Assembly: GCF_006345805.1 (NCBI RefSeq)
Contig: NW_021833257.1
Location: 1 to 64,000, forward strand
Direction: 5' to 3'
Origin: Octopus sinensis
Lineage: Eukaryota
DNA length: 64,000 nt
Below are positions 24,831-37,789 of the stretch, piece by piece; the first letter of the stretch is position 1, and the number at the start of each line of letters is the position of its first letter. The notes under the pieces are model-generated. The model worked only from the letters and a program-made list of their open reading frames with translations, had not been told where the DNA came from and ran no database searches. The position numbers and the translations under genes were made by a program.

Positions 24831-25285
24831 AATTGAGGGTGTTATTCAAAAAATTATAATTATTATAAAATCAAATAAATTAATATTTTATAACGTGGTT
24901 TTTTTTTCTTGGTTGTATAACATCTTTCATACCAATGATAGTTTACAGTAATGATGGCATACGTTTCAATTGAGTTTATTAAGTTACTGATTAATATCAG
25001 TTAGTTCTCGATATAAAACTACATTTTTAACCTATGATGACCTGTAATATGACTGAGGCTATATTGAGTTAGAGCACTTTTTAAGTAATTTAAACAATCT
25101 GTTTATGTTTCCAATGTTATTATATTTACTTAAGCAATTATTGCCTGTAAATACAATTCAATTGTATATATGCTCCTCTTATCTACAACTAAATTCATTT
25201 TGGATGACCTGATCGGATAACCATCTTCCCTGTTAAGTGTGGAAAGTCCTTTGTGTGTGACGCGACATCCCTAGACAACTACGCC

Positions 25286-26610
25286 CCTAAAAAATATTTG
25301 AATTTTTTAATCGTTTGTGTGGATGGACGGTCACGTTGAGATGAGAAAATACGCAAAATTGAAGGACTACGAACTCCCTCGCTCTGAGATGGAGTCCGTA
25401 GCCTTCCTTCAGGAGGTTGGAATCATTCCAACCGAAAAGAAATGTGCCGAAAGACATCCGATGACCCTAAAGCGAGATGGTACAACTTGGGTGTGTGATA
25501 AAAGCGAGTGTCGAATTTCAAGTTCTGTCCGAAACGGTATAAGAGAGTACTTTATTTTTAGGTACGTGGCTCGAAGGCACGACAGTGTCATTACAATCTT
25601 GTATTCGGTTTATTTATATGTGGAGCTTCGACAGACACAGCATTTTATGGTGTCGGCGTCAACTGGAATGGAGTCGCCAAACGATATGTAATTGGTCTCA
25701 CTCGCTGCGGGAGGTATGTGCTGCATATTTAGCAAATCGTCCGAACACACTGATTGGTATTATATTACATTATTAGAATTGGAATGTCGTAGAATTGACG
25801 AAAGTTTGTTTTCGAAAAGAAAAAATAATGCGGGGCGATTCTCCCTCAACATGGGTTTTTGGGGGAATCTGTCGTGGAAAAAGAGTGTTCCTGGAGTTGG
25901 TACCAGATCGCTTCCAAAAGAACGTTAACCGCAGCGATACAGCGAAATATCGCACCGGTTCAGTGATACACTCTGACAAATGGAAGGGTAATTGTAATTA
26001 CTTTATTTTTGTTATAGGTTATTCAACCCCAGATCTAAATGCTCTGCTTATGTGCACCTTACAGTCAATCACAAGTTATTATAATTCATTTATAAATTTG
26101 CAGACGAAATTTTGTAAACCCGAGGACGGGTGCACTACCCAGTGTGTTGAGAGGTTCGTGTAGCAAAAATTATACAAAAATATAGAATGTGGGGGAACGC
26201 AAATGGCGCAATAAAGAGACAAAGAGGAACCGCACGCCACTATATGGGTGAATACTTTGCAGGTATTAATATTCAGATTTAATTTGTAGAATTTTTATGG
26301 AGAAGACAAGTGAGCCATTTGGAGCAACGCATTCGACGAATTGTTAGACACGCATTGTGCAATTTTACCACCGAACGTTTCGCTCCGTAGATCTAACTAA
26401 CCTTTTTCCTAATAATATCTTATTTTGACTTTAGAATTTAAAATTTACACCACTAGGTCATTAAGAATTCAAATATTTTTTAAAAAAATTTATAATAATA
26501 TTTACAAAATCGGCATAGTACATTTATTTAATTTTTCCTCTAATATTCAAAAAAATTTTCATTAATTAAATTAGTGCCTATTTTCGTGATTCATGAAATA
26601 GAACAGTACC
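25286..26610 (+). mobile_element. Merlin (ISXO2/IS1595-like DDE) transposon, left end deleted
   Basis: IDESLFSKRKNNAGR, WVFGGICRG, IHSDKWKG, TQCVERF. Right terminus GAACAGTACC at 26601-10 (reverse complement GGTACTGTTC). Absent from copy B. Confidence 0.88.
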
Positions 26611-26919
26611 GTTTCTACTACAGCAAAAGATATAAAATATGTTTCTTTTAATAGTGGCATTGGCAAGTCTCCACTTTAGTTTTGTCAGAAATTGGGGAAT
26701 GGATCTTTATTAAAGCGAGACCAGCTGGTTATTCAAAGGATTTATTTGTCATCTACCAAAACACTTTTAAGCCAATCTTTTATCTTCTAATTAATACAAC
26801 CGATAATTTCTATTTTTAAGTTTATTGATATGTAAAACGTATATTTAAATAACTAATTTATTAATTAGCCTTATAAGACGAGCGTACATCCCATTTATTT
26901 GGCATAAATGAAACTACAA

Positions 26920-29680
26920 TCAGGAATAAATAAGCGGAATGTCATTAAAGGACATTACTGGAGCAGTTTTGAGTAAATCATGTGCATGTAGATAACAACT
27001 CGAAGCCTTCTCATAATCACCGTCGATTCGAGGACCTTTCCAAGTAATCCCCTATTAAGTACTGCTAAAATAATGAAAACCAGGATCTATGCTCAAAAGG
27101 ATCCACCTTAATGGCCTCCCTGAGATAGTTTTCTGATTCTGAAAAAAGTTCAATTTCATAATATGCCAAACCCTACAATTAAAAATATATATAACCAGTT
27201 CATTAAGAATGTCAAAATTCCTTGGATCAACTGCGCTCACGTTAGAACCACTCGAGAGCCAAATCGTTCATTTTGTAGCACGCAAAAATTTAGCTTTCTT
27301 TTTAAATATTTTTATCGCTAATTTACCATAATTTGTAGATTTAAAGAGTTTGGAGATATATTTTGTGCTTCAATTAAACATAGCTTCACATCCTCGAGCT
27401 TATCCAGTCCAAGAAAAATTCAGCTTCAATTTTAAAAAACAATTTACCAGTTCGTAACCAAATTTTGAATTCGTCAGGATCAGACTTACAACCATTCTCT
27501 GTTATTGCAATAACAATTCGCCACATTTAAAAAATCGTCCAAATTTAAATCGAGGTTTGTTTCTTTGCATGTGGTTCCATTTTCTTGTTCTGTAACAAAT
27601 TCCGACTTTCCCGGACTATTTTTCTCAAATTCAGAAAGTTACATTTTGGTCAACATTTTACCACACGTTTGCAAAGCCGAACTAAAATCACCCAACTCGG
27701 ACTCGATGCAACTCTTGATCAGGAAAAAGCTTAAATAAACGTCAAATTGAGTTCTACTTTGATGAGGACGGATATTGCATTAAAGAACTCTCAACACATT
27801 TGATGGCTGCTCCATAGTCTTTAGAAGCAGTAAAAAGCAACACCAGAAGAGTCAAAGTAGTCTCTTTATGCCAATTAAGTCTGATAGCTAATTGGCAATA
27901 ATGAAGAGCTCTATCAATCCTCCTTTCTAGGGCGTAGTAAAGTGACAGGTGAAATGCAGGCAGATAGTCACGTGGGTCAGCTTCATGAGACCTAGACAAA
28001 ATCAGAATATCGGATTTGTACCTGTTCAAAAAATCTAACGCAGCGGATAGGTGAGTAGAAGATTGAGAAAAATTTCTTGTCTTCTGGCAATCAGAACGTG
28101 ATAGAGACCACAATAAAGTAAGGCACGAGAATGAAAAGGAGAAGAACCGTCACAAAGATCTAATAGTTGTTTAGTATAATCCTCAAGTGTTTGGTCAATC
28201 GGCTATATTTATGTATTGAAATTATTTACCAATGGACAATGTGGGTCAAAATGTATACAAATAATGTGTATAAGAGTATCGATGTCTCCGGGGACAAGAG
28301 AATACAAACTTTAAAAAATGATAACATTGTTTGTACTAATCAATACAAATAAATTTTTACTTTTTTTCTTGGGCCAGTGTAAATGCAAATTGCCGTAAGG
28401 AATAAAAATCCCCGAGACAGTATTTAAGAATGTCCCACAATGCCTGAAATAAACTGAGAACAAAAAACTGAATTGAGTCTACTACAGGGAGACGATAACT
28501 GCCCGAACAGTAGACAATAATAATTCACCAATTTGACAGTTTTGGGGGATATTTCAATCTGGGAATCGGAAAGCTGTAGATTTAGACAAAAATATGTTCA
28601 CCAGTAATGGTTTCCACTAATTTTTGATAGACGCTTATCAAATAGCAAAGTTCCTCTTCCCGATTTAAATAAGGAGACTAAAAACCTGTAATAAAACACA
28701 AATACGTGGATTGGGATAGATTTGTGTCCCCCAACTCAGAAATAGACTCGGAAACTGATTCGTAGTTATCAAATGTGGTCTCATGAAATAAAAAATCAAT
28801 GTATCGTTCAATTATACTCTGTTATGTTAATTCATCCAACTTTACCTTGTAAAAATTAGTCAATTTCTCAATGTTGTCAACAACTAGCAAATCTCTGAAA
28901 GCTCTTATGGCTTGTTTGCCTCTGCTGAATAACAGTTTTTTATTTAAAGACAAATACAGGCTGTGAATTTGATTTTTTAGGTGAGTTTCCATTGCTTCTA
29001 TTAGATGGTACCCGAGATATGTGCTTAGTTCTTCAGATCTAGACTTACCGAGTTATGAGAACTCTGGAATAAGCAAATGAAGTTTGTTTTAGGAGAGCTT
29101 TAGCAATATCCGACGACATTTTGAAATATTTTTTTACAGATGTGCCCATTTTGTCACATTTAAGTCCTAATTTCTCCAAAGATTTTGCTATAAAATTATT
29201 CTGATTTATTTTTACCGCAAAAACATAACTTTCTCCAAGAATGACCATCGAACGGTTACAATTTTGTAATTTTTCTGTCTCGATTTTTTGAAGAGCAAAT
29301 GATTGGAGCAATTCTTGATAATTTCCAAAGCAAATAAACATTTTAATGAAAGCATGTTCATATCTGTTTCATATTTTGAGCAATAAGAATGCCTGTGAGT
29401 TATTATAAAGAGGCATTGTACCACACGGTGGCATTGATCACCTTGTAGACGACATGTAGTTCTGTTCTGTCAAGTTTAGCCTCACATATATCAATCAATC
29501 CATTTTCAAGACGCTTTTCGAGGTTTATAATGTTGGAAACGTTTTCTGAAAATATTAATTTCAGTGATGGACCGATGTAGGAAGATTTGTTGCAGAGGGT
29601 AAGACACTCGTCCCATTTTCGTAAAAAAACGTAATTGGTCGACACGCAGTAAAAAGAGCTTCACTTTTACTAATGGACAT
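26920..29680 (-). CDS. TTC7: Tetratricopeptide repeat protein 7-like (copy A), multi-exon
   Basis: SHEADPRDYLPAFHLSLYYALERRIDRALHYCQLAIRL...LTLLVLLFTASKDYGAA and C-terminal TAPVMSFNDIPLIYS* match the TTC7/Ypp1 TPR pattern. Start codon tentative. Confidence 0.8.
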
Positions 29681-29886
29681 TAACACCACAAGGAATATTA
29701 TATGTATTAAAGTAATAAGATTTATATAAAGTTTTAAAAATATCACTATTAGTTTATTTTTTTATTTTTCAAAATATATTCTGACAGTTGAAATCATAAG
29801 ACTTTTTAAATTACGTAATTATTAAACTCCTTTAAAATTAAATTTAACTTAAAATTATCCAAACTAAAAAAACTTTAGTTAAAAAA

Positions 29887-30606
29887 TGCATGTCTCCGCG
29901 CAGGCTGCTGCACAGGAGTGGGGCCTGGCTGGATGCTCTCCCTGTCCCTTCCACCGGTAACCTATTAGACAAAGATTGCCTACGAATTGGTTTATCATTG
30001 CGTCTTGGATTGGAAATCTGCGAAATACACAAATGTCGTTGTGGTGCTGTCATTGACCGTTTTGGTCTACATCCCTTTCCTGTCGTCGCAGTGCAGGGCG
30101 CGCACCACGCCATGCAGCACTAACGACGTTATTCAGAGGGGGCTCACGCCGCTGGGATCCCATCAATCCTCGAACCCGTCGGGCTTGCGAGGAGAACGGA
30201 AAAAGACCCGACGGCCTATCGACTTTCCCGTTTGAGTTCGGCAAGTCTCTGTTATGGGATGCGACGTGTTCAGACACTTTCTCGGAGCTCAACTTCCTTC
30301 TTCAGCTGTCGAGCCTGGCTCAGTCTCTCGCAAAACCGAGAAGATGAAGATTGGAAAGTACAAGGAGCTCTCTGAACGGTATCTGTTCACTTCCCATTGC
30401 CGTCGAGACTTCCGGCGTCATCGGCGAAAAGTCTCTTTCCTTTCTAAAAAGCTTGGCCGCATGATCTCCCATAAACGGGGAGACCCACGCGAGTCCAAGT
30501 GGCTTTTCGAAAGGATTTCCTTGGCCATAGTACGTGGAAACTGTGTTTCCATTTACGATGCCGGGAATTTAGTTAGTTAATAACTATTGTTCTTACTTAA
30601 AAATGA
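29887..30606 (+). mobile_element. 5'-truncated CRE-clade non-LTR insertion, ~720 bp
   Basis: SGAWLDALP...CRCGAVIDRFGLH, DGKRPDG-like and WLFERISLAIVRGN motifs. ~10-bp TSD TAGTTAAAAA (29876-85, 30607-16). Empty site in copy B near 52885. Confidence 0.9.
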
Positions 30607-30667
30607 TAGTTAAAAATTATATAAAACAATAAATCAATAGAGGATGAGGTGGGTCACTTAAACCTTT

Positions 30668-31300
30668 TCAAATATTCGCGAGATAGCGCGAATAAATATA
30701 GTAGTCACATTGATCGTCAATTGGACAGTTCCAATCCATACTAACCCATGTTTTTTGAAAAAATTTAAGAGCCTGCATTGTCACGAAATATAGTGCATGT
30801 TATTTTGTCCATGTCAACTCTAATACTAGTCAAATATCAATTTTACAACTTAATAGCGATTCCGAGTAAAATATTGAGCATAAACGATCCAACTCCGCAA
30901 CCACGAGACTTTTTCTCAACTTGAATGTCGTAGCAATAAGCAATTGCTTCTCTTTCTTCAGTTATTAAACGAAAATGAAGAAATCCTAGTATCGGAGAAT
31001 TAATGTTTTCTTCTTTTTCTCGCACGACTATATTAATGTTTTTTTATTTTTTAATTCTGAAAGTTTTTCTTTGTCGTTCCATCCAAATGAGCTGTTTATA
31101 AACATATTGTATATATTGTCTTTTAACAACACAAATAATTCAGTAATAGAATGGGCATCGAGTGCATTTCCCCAAGTTATGTTGACCTGCCAATTTTCAC
31201 TAAAATAAACATCAATTTTAGCATTTTATACTCACGTTGATTGGGGTTCAAAACCTCTTTTGATAAATAAGCTTTTTGCATAATTCTCGGCATCTTTTGG
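30668..31300 (-). CDS. NAA40: N-alpha-acetyltransferase 40 (NatD)-like (copy A), multi-exon
   Basis: SSFGWNDKEK, GFLHFRL...AYCYDIQVEKKSRGCGVGSFMLNIL, KITCTIFRDN. Stop at 30668-70; 5' end uncertain. Confidence 0.8.
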
Positions 31301-31309
31301 TACTTTTTC

Positions 31310-31830
31310 TGTTTGAAGGTTCTTGGCCAAACATCACAACGAAGGAATATTATTTTTATTTATTTTTTAACATCAAAACCACGTTAAAAACAGAACAAAT
31401 TAATCACGTAATTCCGATGCACTTCACAAACAACTTCATCTTCGTTTGGTAATCTTCCCACGAGCCCACACCAGTTCGCAGCGGACGGCTATTGAGCTCG
31501 TTTTTTTAAACTGACTTCTTTCGATATCCCGAACAACCAGTACAATCGGTAACGCGAGTGGACCTTCTTTTGGGATTGATTTCTACTTTGAAAGAGATCA
31601 ATTATGTTAGAAGAAGCAAATGAGCTTGTTGAATAAAGTCGGTTTGAATAAAGAACGAGCTAATTTGGTTCTTCTAAATGAATAATATCTTTCAAACTGG
31701 AGATAAGAATTTAACAAAACGAATTTGATATTCTAATATATTTAACTTATTGAACTTGATCACCACTCCAAAAAGTTTCACATTTTTAGTACTTTTATGA
31801 TTTTAAACTGGTGATATTATGAGGATAAAA
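31310..31830 (-). CDS. Possible unidentified small host gene, or upstream exons of the NAA40-like gene
   Basis: Relatively GC-rich open segment (PKEGPLALPIVLVVRDIERSQFKKTSSIAVRCELVWARGKITKRR), duplicated at ~53590-54120. Structure unresolved. Confidence 0.3.
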
Positions 31831-32509
31831 AATCTTGTAAATTCTGACTTTTTCTTTATTTTAATTGAGAATTCATTCATTATGTCGCGAGCGCAGCGCG
31901 CGACCGAGCGCTAGACGCAACTTTGACACCTAACAAGCCTATCATCAACAAATATATTATTAAATTATTTAAAATTTTAACATGATTTAAAATTAAAATT
32001 GAAATAACTTAAGTTTCCTGCTGGCTGTCATGCGTGGCAACAGCTGTTCCCTCCGTCTCGCTGGGAGAATTTATTAGTTTGTTGACTTTACTTAGTATTA
32101 TTAGGATGATACACTTAGTTTCCATTGAATCCCATAAAATAATTTATAAGTAGACCTTAATAGAAAAAGTAAAATCAATGAATACTGAACGCTAATTTGG
32201 TTTAGGTTGTGAGGGGGGTAATAATTTGACAGATCTCATTGCTATTTTTTCGTTTTAATCTCTAAAATTAGGTCTTCTAATCAAAAATGAACTGTGCAGA
32301 CAGACTTGCTCCTTCAGAAGATTCTTGTTTTGACATTTTTATAAATTATGAAGCATTTAGATTTTTTCTCATTATTCTAAAATATCAATTATAATTTTAA
32401 AATATTATTTTTATTTATGAAATCGGTTTTAAAGCTCATTCTGCTTTGGCATCGATTTTAATTTTTGTTATCGAATATATTTAATCCCAAATACAAGCAT
32501 GGGTATTTG

Positions 32510-35500
32510 GACCGAGGATTGAATATCGGATTGAATATCGAATTGAATATCGAATTGAATATCGGATTGAATATCATGGTCAAGGAAAAGAAAGAAAAAA
32601 TGGTCAAGAATAATCAAAATCTCTCATCAATCAAAGCTTGCGCCAAAGCTCAAAGACGAACAGCGGCAAAGCCACAGCCCTTTTGTGAACCAATCAAAGC
32701 TGAGGATCCCACAGAACTGCCGAAGCCTACTGGGCCCCAAAAACAGAGTGAGACCCAATCCCATGAGACCCTCACATATTCCTTGAGTATTGAAAACCCG
32801 ACGCTTGGAAAGATCAAGAGGTTTAACCTCCTATCCAAGTCGCTAACTGCCTCCAAAGCTCGGATAACTTTGCAGAAGTCCGGCACCTTCATTCTAAAAT
32901 TCAGATCGCCCGAGGATGCTGCTGCGTTCAAAGCAGAGCTGACTCAATCGAATATGTTTGGCGAAGGCGGCCATAAACTTGCCTCAATAGCTGAGAAGGC
33001 CTCAGTCTTGATCCTAAAGGAATCCCTCATTGGATCTCGACAGAGGATCTTAACCTCCACTTGAGAGAAAGTCTAGAATCGGACTTCAAGTTCGAAAGAT
33101 TCTCTCGCAATGGAACAGACATGCCTGTCGGCAGACTCACCCTGGATTCCAGAGCAGAGGCCAACACCCTCATCCGCTTTGGAATAACTGCGGGCTTCAG
33201 CCATATCCGATGTGAATGGCACAAGCCCCCGGCAGTCAGATGCTTTCGGTGTCACCAATTTGGACACACGTCCCATAAGTGCACCGAAAAAGTTCGTTGC
33301 TTGGTCTGTGGTGGCGAACACCGACACAATAGGTGTCCGAACTCAGACCCCAGACCAAATGACCCTGCTGTCAAGACCTGCATAAACTGCAACAGTCCTG
33401 GACACTGGGCATGTTACGGTGGATGCCCATTCGCTAAAGCCGCGTCTGCAGCCTTACGGGCTGTGAGAAATCCGCCGGCCAGCAACCCAGCTCGCTGGGT
33501 GAAAGCCGAACGCACAGAGTCGATCTGGACAAAGAGGCCAGTTGTGAATCCGATCAAGACTGATGTCTGCATTCAGACATCGGCGGACTCCGACTTTGAT
33601 TTTAAACTCGACCCGAAGCCGACGGCTGACACTTGTTCCAGTACCAGAGCTGGCCGCACGGCTGCTGCTCGCAAGAAGAACAAAACACCCCTCAGACAAT
33701 ATCTCATCGCAAAGAGGTGCCCTCTCGGACGAAGACCTGCACAACAGAGACTCCCTTATGGAATTCTTTCATCGTTGTGTGGGAGCTCTAACCAAACTTG
33801 GTGTGGAACCTGAGGTGCTGCAACGGCTCCTATTAGAGGGGAGCACGCCAGCAACATAGCCCCAGTCAAAATCATCGCTGTGAATGCCCGATCTATCAAG
33901 AGACGGCACCAGGACTTCGTTGAGATGGTAAACAGCGGCCATCCAGACATTATTGTCGTCAACGAGTCTAAGCTCAAAGAAAACCACTCGTACGAACTTC
34001 CGGGCTACCGGTCAGTGGACCTAAAATGGGGAAGCTGCTCTACGCCAGGGACTGGCTCGAGCATCTTCTACGCCGAAAACCTCCAAATCCGTAACCTCAC
34101 CATCATCGAGAGCACGGTGTGCGAATTCCTCTCTCTTGAGGTGAAAACTGATTCCTTCTGGATAAAGGTCGGTGGAATATATTGCAAATATCTCCCCCCC
34201 TGCATCAGATTGATTGACGATTCTTCTCAAGCACAGCTCATTGCCTTCTTATCGGAGACTTAAACTCGAAGCACACGGCGTTTGGATGTCGGTTAACCAA
34301 CCAAGATGGTCGAACACTGAAGAAGGTCACTGACAAGCTTGGTGTTTTCGTCAGGACATCCGAAGACCCGAACCACCACTCGCCCTTTGGCGGGGACAAC
34401 CTGTGCCTGTGCATCTGTTCTCACTTTGTCGCTAACCTTATGAAAAAGCCTACAGTCCTTGACAATATCGGAAGTGACCCCCTACCAATGGAGATCAAAA
34501 TTCACACTAGCATTGTTAGACAAGAACACATTCCTCTCACTACAATCTCTCAAAGATCAACTGGCCACACTACAGGAGCTCCATAAGTGCATTCCTGCAC
34601 GACAACGGTCGCCCTGTTGGGTATAACTCAGCCCTCGACATCGACTCCGCAAGCGATAAGCTAAGCAAATTCATGCTTCAGTATCTAACGTCGTACGGAG
34701 AATTGTCAAGTGCAGACCGCGCACGGAGGACCACTCTGAGCGTGAAAGTGAAGATCATCCTCAACGAAAGGAAGCGGCTGAGAAATAAACTCAAACGCTG
34801 TGTGGACCCAGCTGACAGGGGAAGACTTAGGAACATGATCTCGGAAATTGGTTATAAGGTCCACGTCGCGACAAAGCTGGAAGCAGCCAGGAAATGGCAG
34901 AAGGCTTGTCAAAACCTGGACTACAGAAACCCAAATTTCTGGGACTGTTTCCACAAAGTGGCTAACCTCGAAGGAAAATCCTCACCCCCGAGGTTGTGCA
35001 ACCAGTCTGGTATGCCCGCCTCGCCACAAGAGATGCCAAACATATTTGCAGAACACCTGGCCACTATCCAGGAGGCCAATCCGGAAACGTCGCAAAACCG
35101 GGAGTCGGAGCCACTGCCGCGCCCACTGTCGCCGGACCATCACCGATCACCATTGCAGAGGTGACCTGGGCCATCCGTTCGTCAAAAGGCAACGCACCGG
35201 GCCATGACAAAATACCGATGCGATTGTTTAAGGAAGCACCCGAAGACCTACATGTGTTCCTCGCGGATCTGTTTACGGCAAGTCTCAAATGGGGCCATGT
35301 GCCGGAAAAATGGAAAATCTCAGAGGTCCGGATGATCAAAAAGCCTGCGAAACCGGTGAATCTCGCTAGCAGCTACCGTCCCATAAGCCTAATCCCAACT
35401 ATCTCAAGGCTGATGGAGAAAATTATGGCCAAGCGCCTCGACTTCCACGCCGAAGAGAAGAAAGTGCTGCTCCCGCAGCAATGGGGTTTTCGCTCTGGAC

Positions 35501-36594
35501 GTAGCTGCGGTGACTGTTTCATTACGGTACAGTCCACCATCTCGAGAGCAACGGAGTTTAAAGAAACTTTATCTCTTGTATGTCTGGACATCTCAAAGGC
35601 TTTTGACAGCGTCTGGCACAGAGACCTCCTGGAAAGGATCGAACTCTGTGAGCCAACAGCGGAAGTCTTCCTCTGGATGCGCTTTCCTCTCAAATCGCTA
35701 CTCTTTTATCTCTGAGTCGGGCTTCTTCTCAAGATATATTTCGCTCCGAAGGGGGGTTCCGCAGGGGTCCTGTCTCAGCCCAATCTTTTTCAATTTGGTA
35801 ATGAGCAGTTTCCCCACACCCTCCGATCCAGGACATCCCTACTCCTCTACGCGGACGATGTTCTCGTTCTGGACACCTCGATGGACCACAATGCCTCGGA
35901 GAAACGACTTGCCGGCTACATTGAGGAGATAAAGAATTGGTGCATTGGTAAGCGACTCTCGCTGGCCATGGACAAATCTGCATATCTCCAAATTAACCCA
36001 AGAAAGTCGCAAGATCGCAAACCCGGCTCTTTGGTGGAAATTGCTCGCCCTGAGAGCATACGTTACCTGGGGCTCACAATCGACGCAAACTCGAGATACC
36101 ATTTGCATTTCAAACGGAGAAAAGGGAAAGCCATCGCCGCTCTCCGACTCCTAAGAAGCATGCACTTGAATCCAAATACCTTCCTATTTGTATACCATGC
36201 AACAATCTTGCCCAGCCTACTGTATGGTATGGAAGCTTGGTTCTACTCGAAACAATATGAGAAAATTCTGCGAAAATGCGAAAAAATACGGAGATACGCT
36301 CTAAAACTAGCCTATATGCTAAATCCATGGGAGCCTGTCCCAAGCTGGGCGGAGAGCAAGTCTCCAGAGCTACGGCAGGCCATCGAGGCTTCTATCCGAA
36401 CTTTTCGGAAACGCTCTAAAGTAACTGACCTATTCATCGATCGTGGAGAATAGCAGGTGTCCCTGCTCATAGACAGACAAAGCGGACGAACCATGGAAGA
36501 GCTCGAATGCCCAAAGCAATCGTCTCGTCAAAATTACTTTCCGCACTAATTTTCTGTCTCGCTCTTCTTTCTTACAATAAAATTCTTCGTTCTT
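32510..36594 (+). mobile_element. Full-length I/Jockey-group LINE (ORF1 with three zinc knuckles; ORF2 APE + RT), 4085 bp
   Basis: 12-bp TSD CATGGGTATTTG (32498-509, 36595-606). ORF1 from ATG 32576 with CFRCHQFGHTSHKC, CLVCGGEHRHNRC, CINCNSPGH. APE NARSI...NESKL; RT YRPISL, QWGFR, LDISKAFD, GVPQGS, YADD. Tail CAATAAAATTCTTCGTTCTT. Several frameshifts. Confidence 0.93.
32517..32575 (+). repeat. Five 12-bp tandem repeats (G/A)ATTGAATATCG forming the LINE 5' UTR
   Basis: Read directly; the ORF1 ATG follows at 32576. Confidence 0.9.
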
Positions 36595-36715
36595 CATGGG
36601 TATTTGTCAATTTATAGATTTTTTGATTGATCGGATCTAGAAATTGAGTGGTCGCTTGCTGCGCTCGGTCGCTCGCTGCGCTCGCGACAGAATATATTTA
36701 ATCCCAAATACAAGC

Positions 36716-37784
36716 CTATATTTTCTTTATCAAAATAATTCATGATTAACTTCGCTGTATGACACGGTGCATTATCCTGTTGAAAAACAAAGTCATTAAG
36801 TCCCATTTTTGCAACTGATCTCGGTAGGCTGTTGACTAAAAGATTTAAATATTTTGCAGAATTCAATGTTCCGTCAACAAAAACTAATTCTCCGACGCCG
36901 TTAAAAGAAAAACATCCCCATATCATGATTTTCCCTATTTTTTGTTTTCAAGCCAAATCAACCTGTTCCAAATTTCACTGTTGTTGAAATATTTTTGGAA
37001 TTAAGTTGTTCACCGCTCTTCCTATATACTATTTTTCGAGTTTTGTTTGGATTGGCGTAAAAAATGCATTCATTTGAGAAAATTGTGGTTTTCCATTTTT
37101 CATCAGAAATGGCAAGAAATCTTTTCGTTATTTCTAATCTTTTTTTAGTGTGTCTTATATTCAAAAATGGCTTATTTTTTGCGATACGTCCAAATATACC
37201 ATTTTCATTAAGATTTCTTATAACTGTTCTTGAGGAAATTGCTTTATTGGTTAGTTTCGTCATTTCACTTGAGATCTCTTTAGATGTTTTTGTTGGATTT
37301 TCTTCAGAATACTTTATCAATTCTTTCAAATCATTTTTATCAAGTATTTTTGGCCTTCCAGATCCTGGTTTCCGATGGATTGTGCCATTCTTTTTGTATC
37401 GTTGGATAAAATTAGATACTGTGGCCTCATGTACCCCAACTTTCAAAGAAATTGCCCGAAATGTCATTTTTGTTTCATATAAAGCAATAATTTTTCCTTT
37501 TGTAAAGTCATCCATATGCTTTTTCCTAAAATAGAGATATTAAATCATATAAAAAAAGATATTGTATAGATAATATTTTTGAATCATTTTTTTTGTCACT
37601 GACATATACTAACATATTGTGTGTCTGCTTTTAATTTTTCCAAATTAATGCAATTAACAAATATTTTATTAAATTAAATATAATAATTAAATAATCTACT
37701 AAGTTTTTTGAAATTAGAATATTTATAAGATTTTCAAAGAAAAACTAAATATGAATTTTGAATCATTTTTTTTGGCGAGGAGTG
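36716..37784 (-). mobile_element. Tc1 (IR-DR type) transposon, 3' end truncated
   Basis: Terminus TA+CACTCCTCGCCAAAAAAAATGATTCAAAA at 37784, with an inner repeat at ~37580. Motifs MDDFTKGKIIAL..GSGRPK, IWGCFSFNGVG, FQQDNAPCH. Sequence breaks before the third catalytic residue. Confidence 0.88.
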
Positions 37785-37789
37785 TAGAT

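Larger units (their letters stand above)
18100..31882 (+). repeat. Segmental duplication copy A (direct repeat of 38134-54164)
   Basis: Colinear near-identity by eye from CCTGGGCATCCTGAAAGC (18108 vs 38143) to GAATTCATTCATTA (31882 vs 54164), apart from copy-specific insertions and deletions. Confidence 0.93.
31883..36689. mobile_element. TGT...ACA inverted-repeat element (~710 bp when empty) carrying a nested LINE
   Basis: 29-bp TIR TGTCGCGAGCGCAGCG(C/A)GCGACCGAGCGC, 28/29 match, at 31883-31911 and 36661-36689. No TSD and no transposase ORF. Family unassigned. Confidence 0.7.

Noticed and set aside
32465-32575. ORF-track N-terminal extension MLSNIFNPKYKHGYLDRGLNIGLNIELNIE
   Set aside because: It starts upstream of the LINE TSD and reads through the 5' repeats; the likely start is ATG 32576.
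33073-36494. Long antisense ORFs over the LINEs and CRE fragments
   Set aside because: Shadow frames of GC-rich coding DNA with no recognisable motifs.
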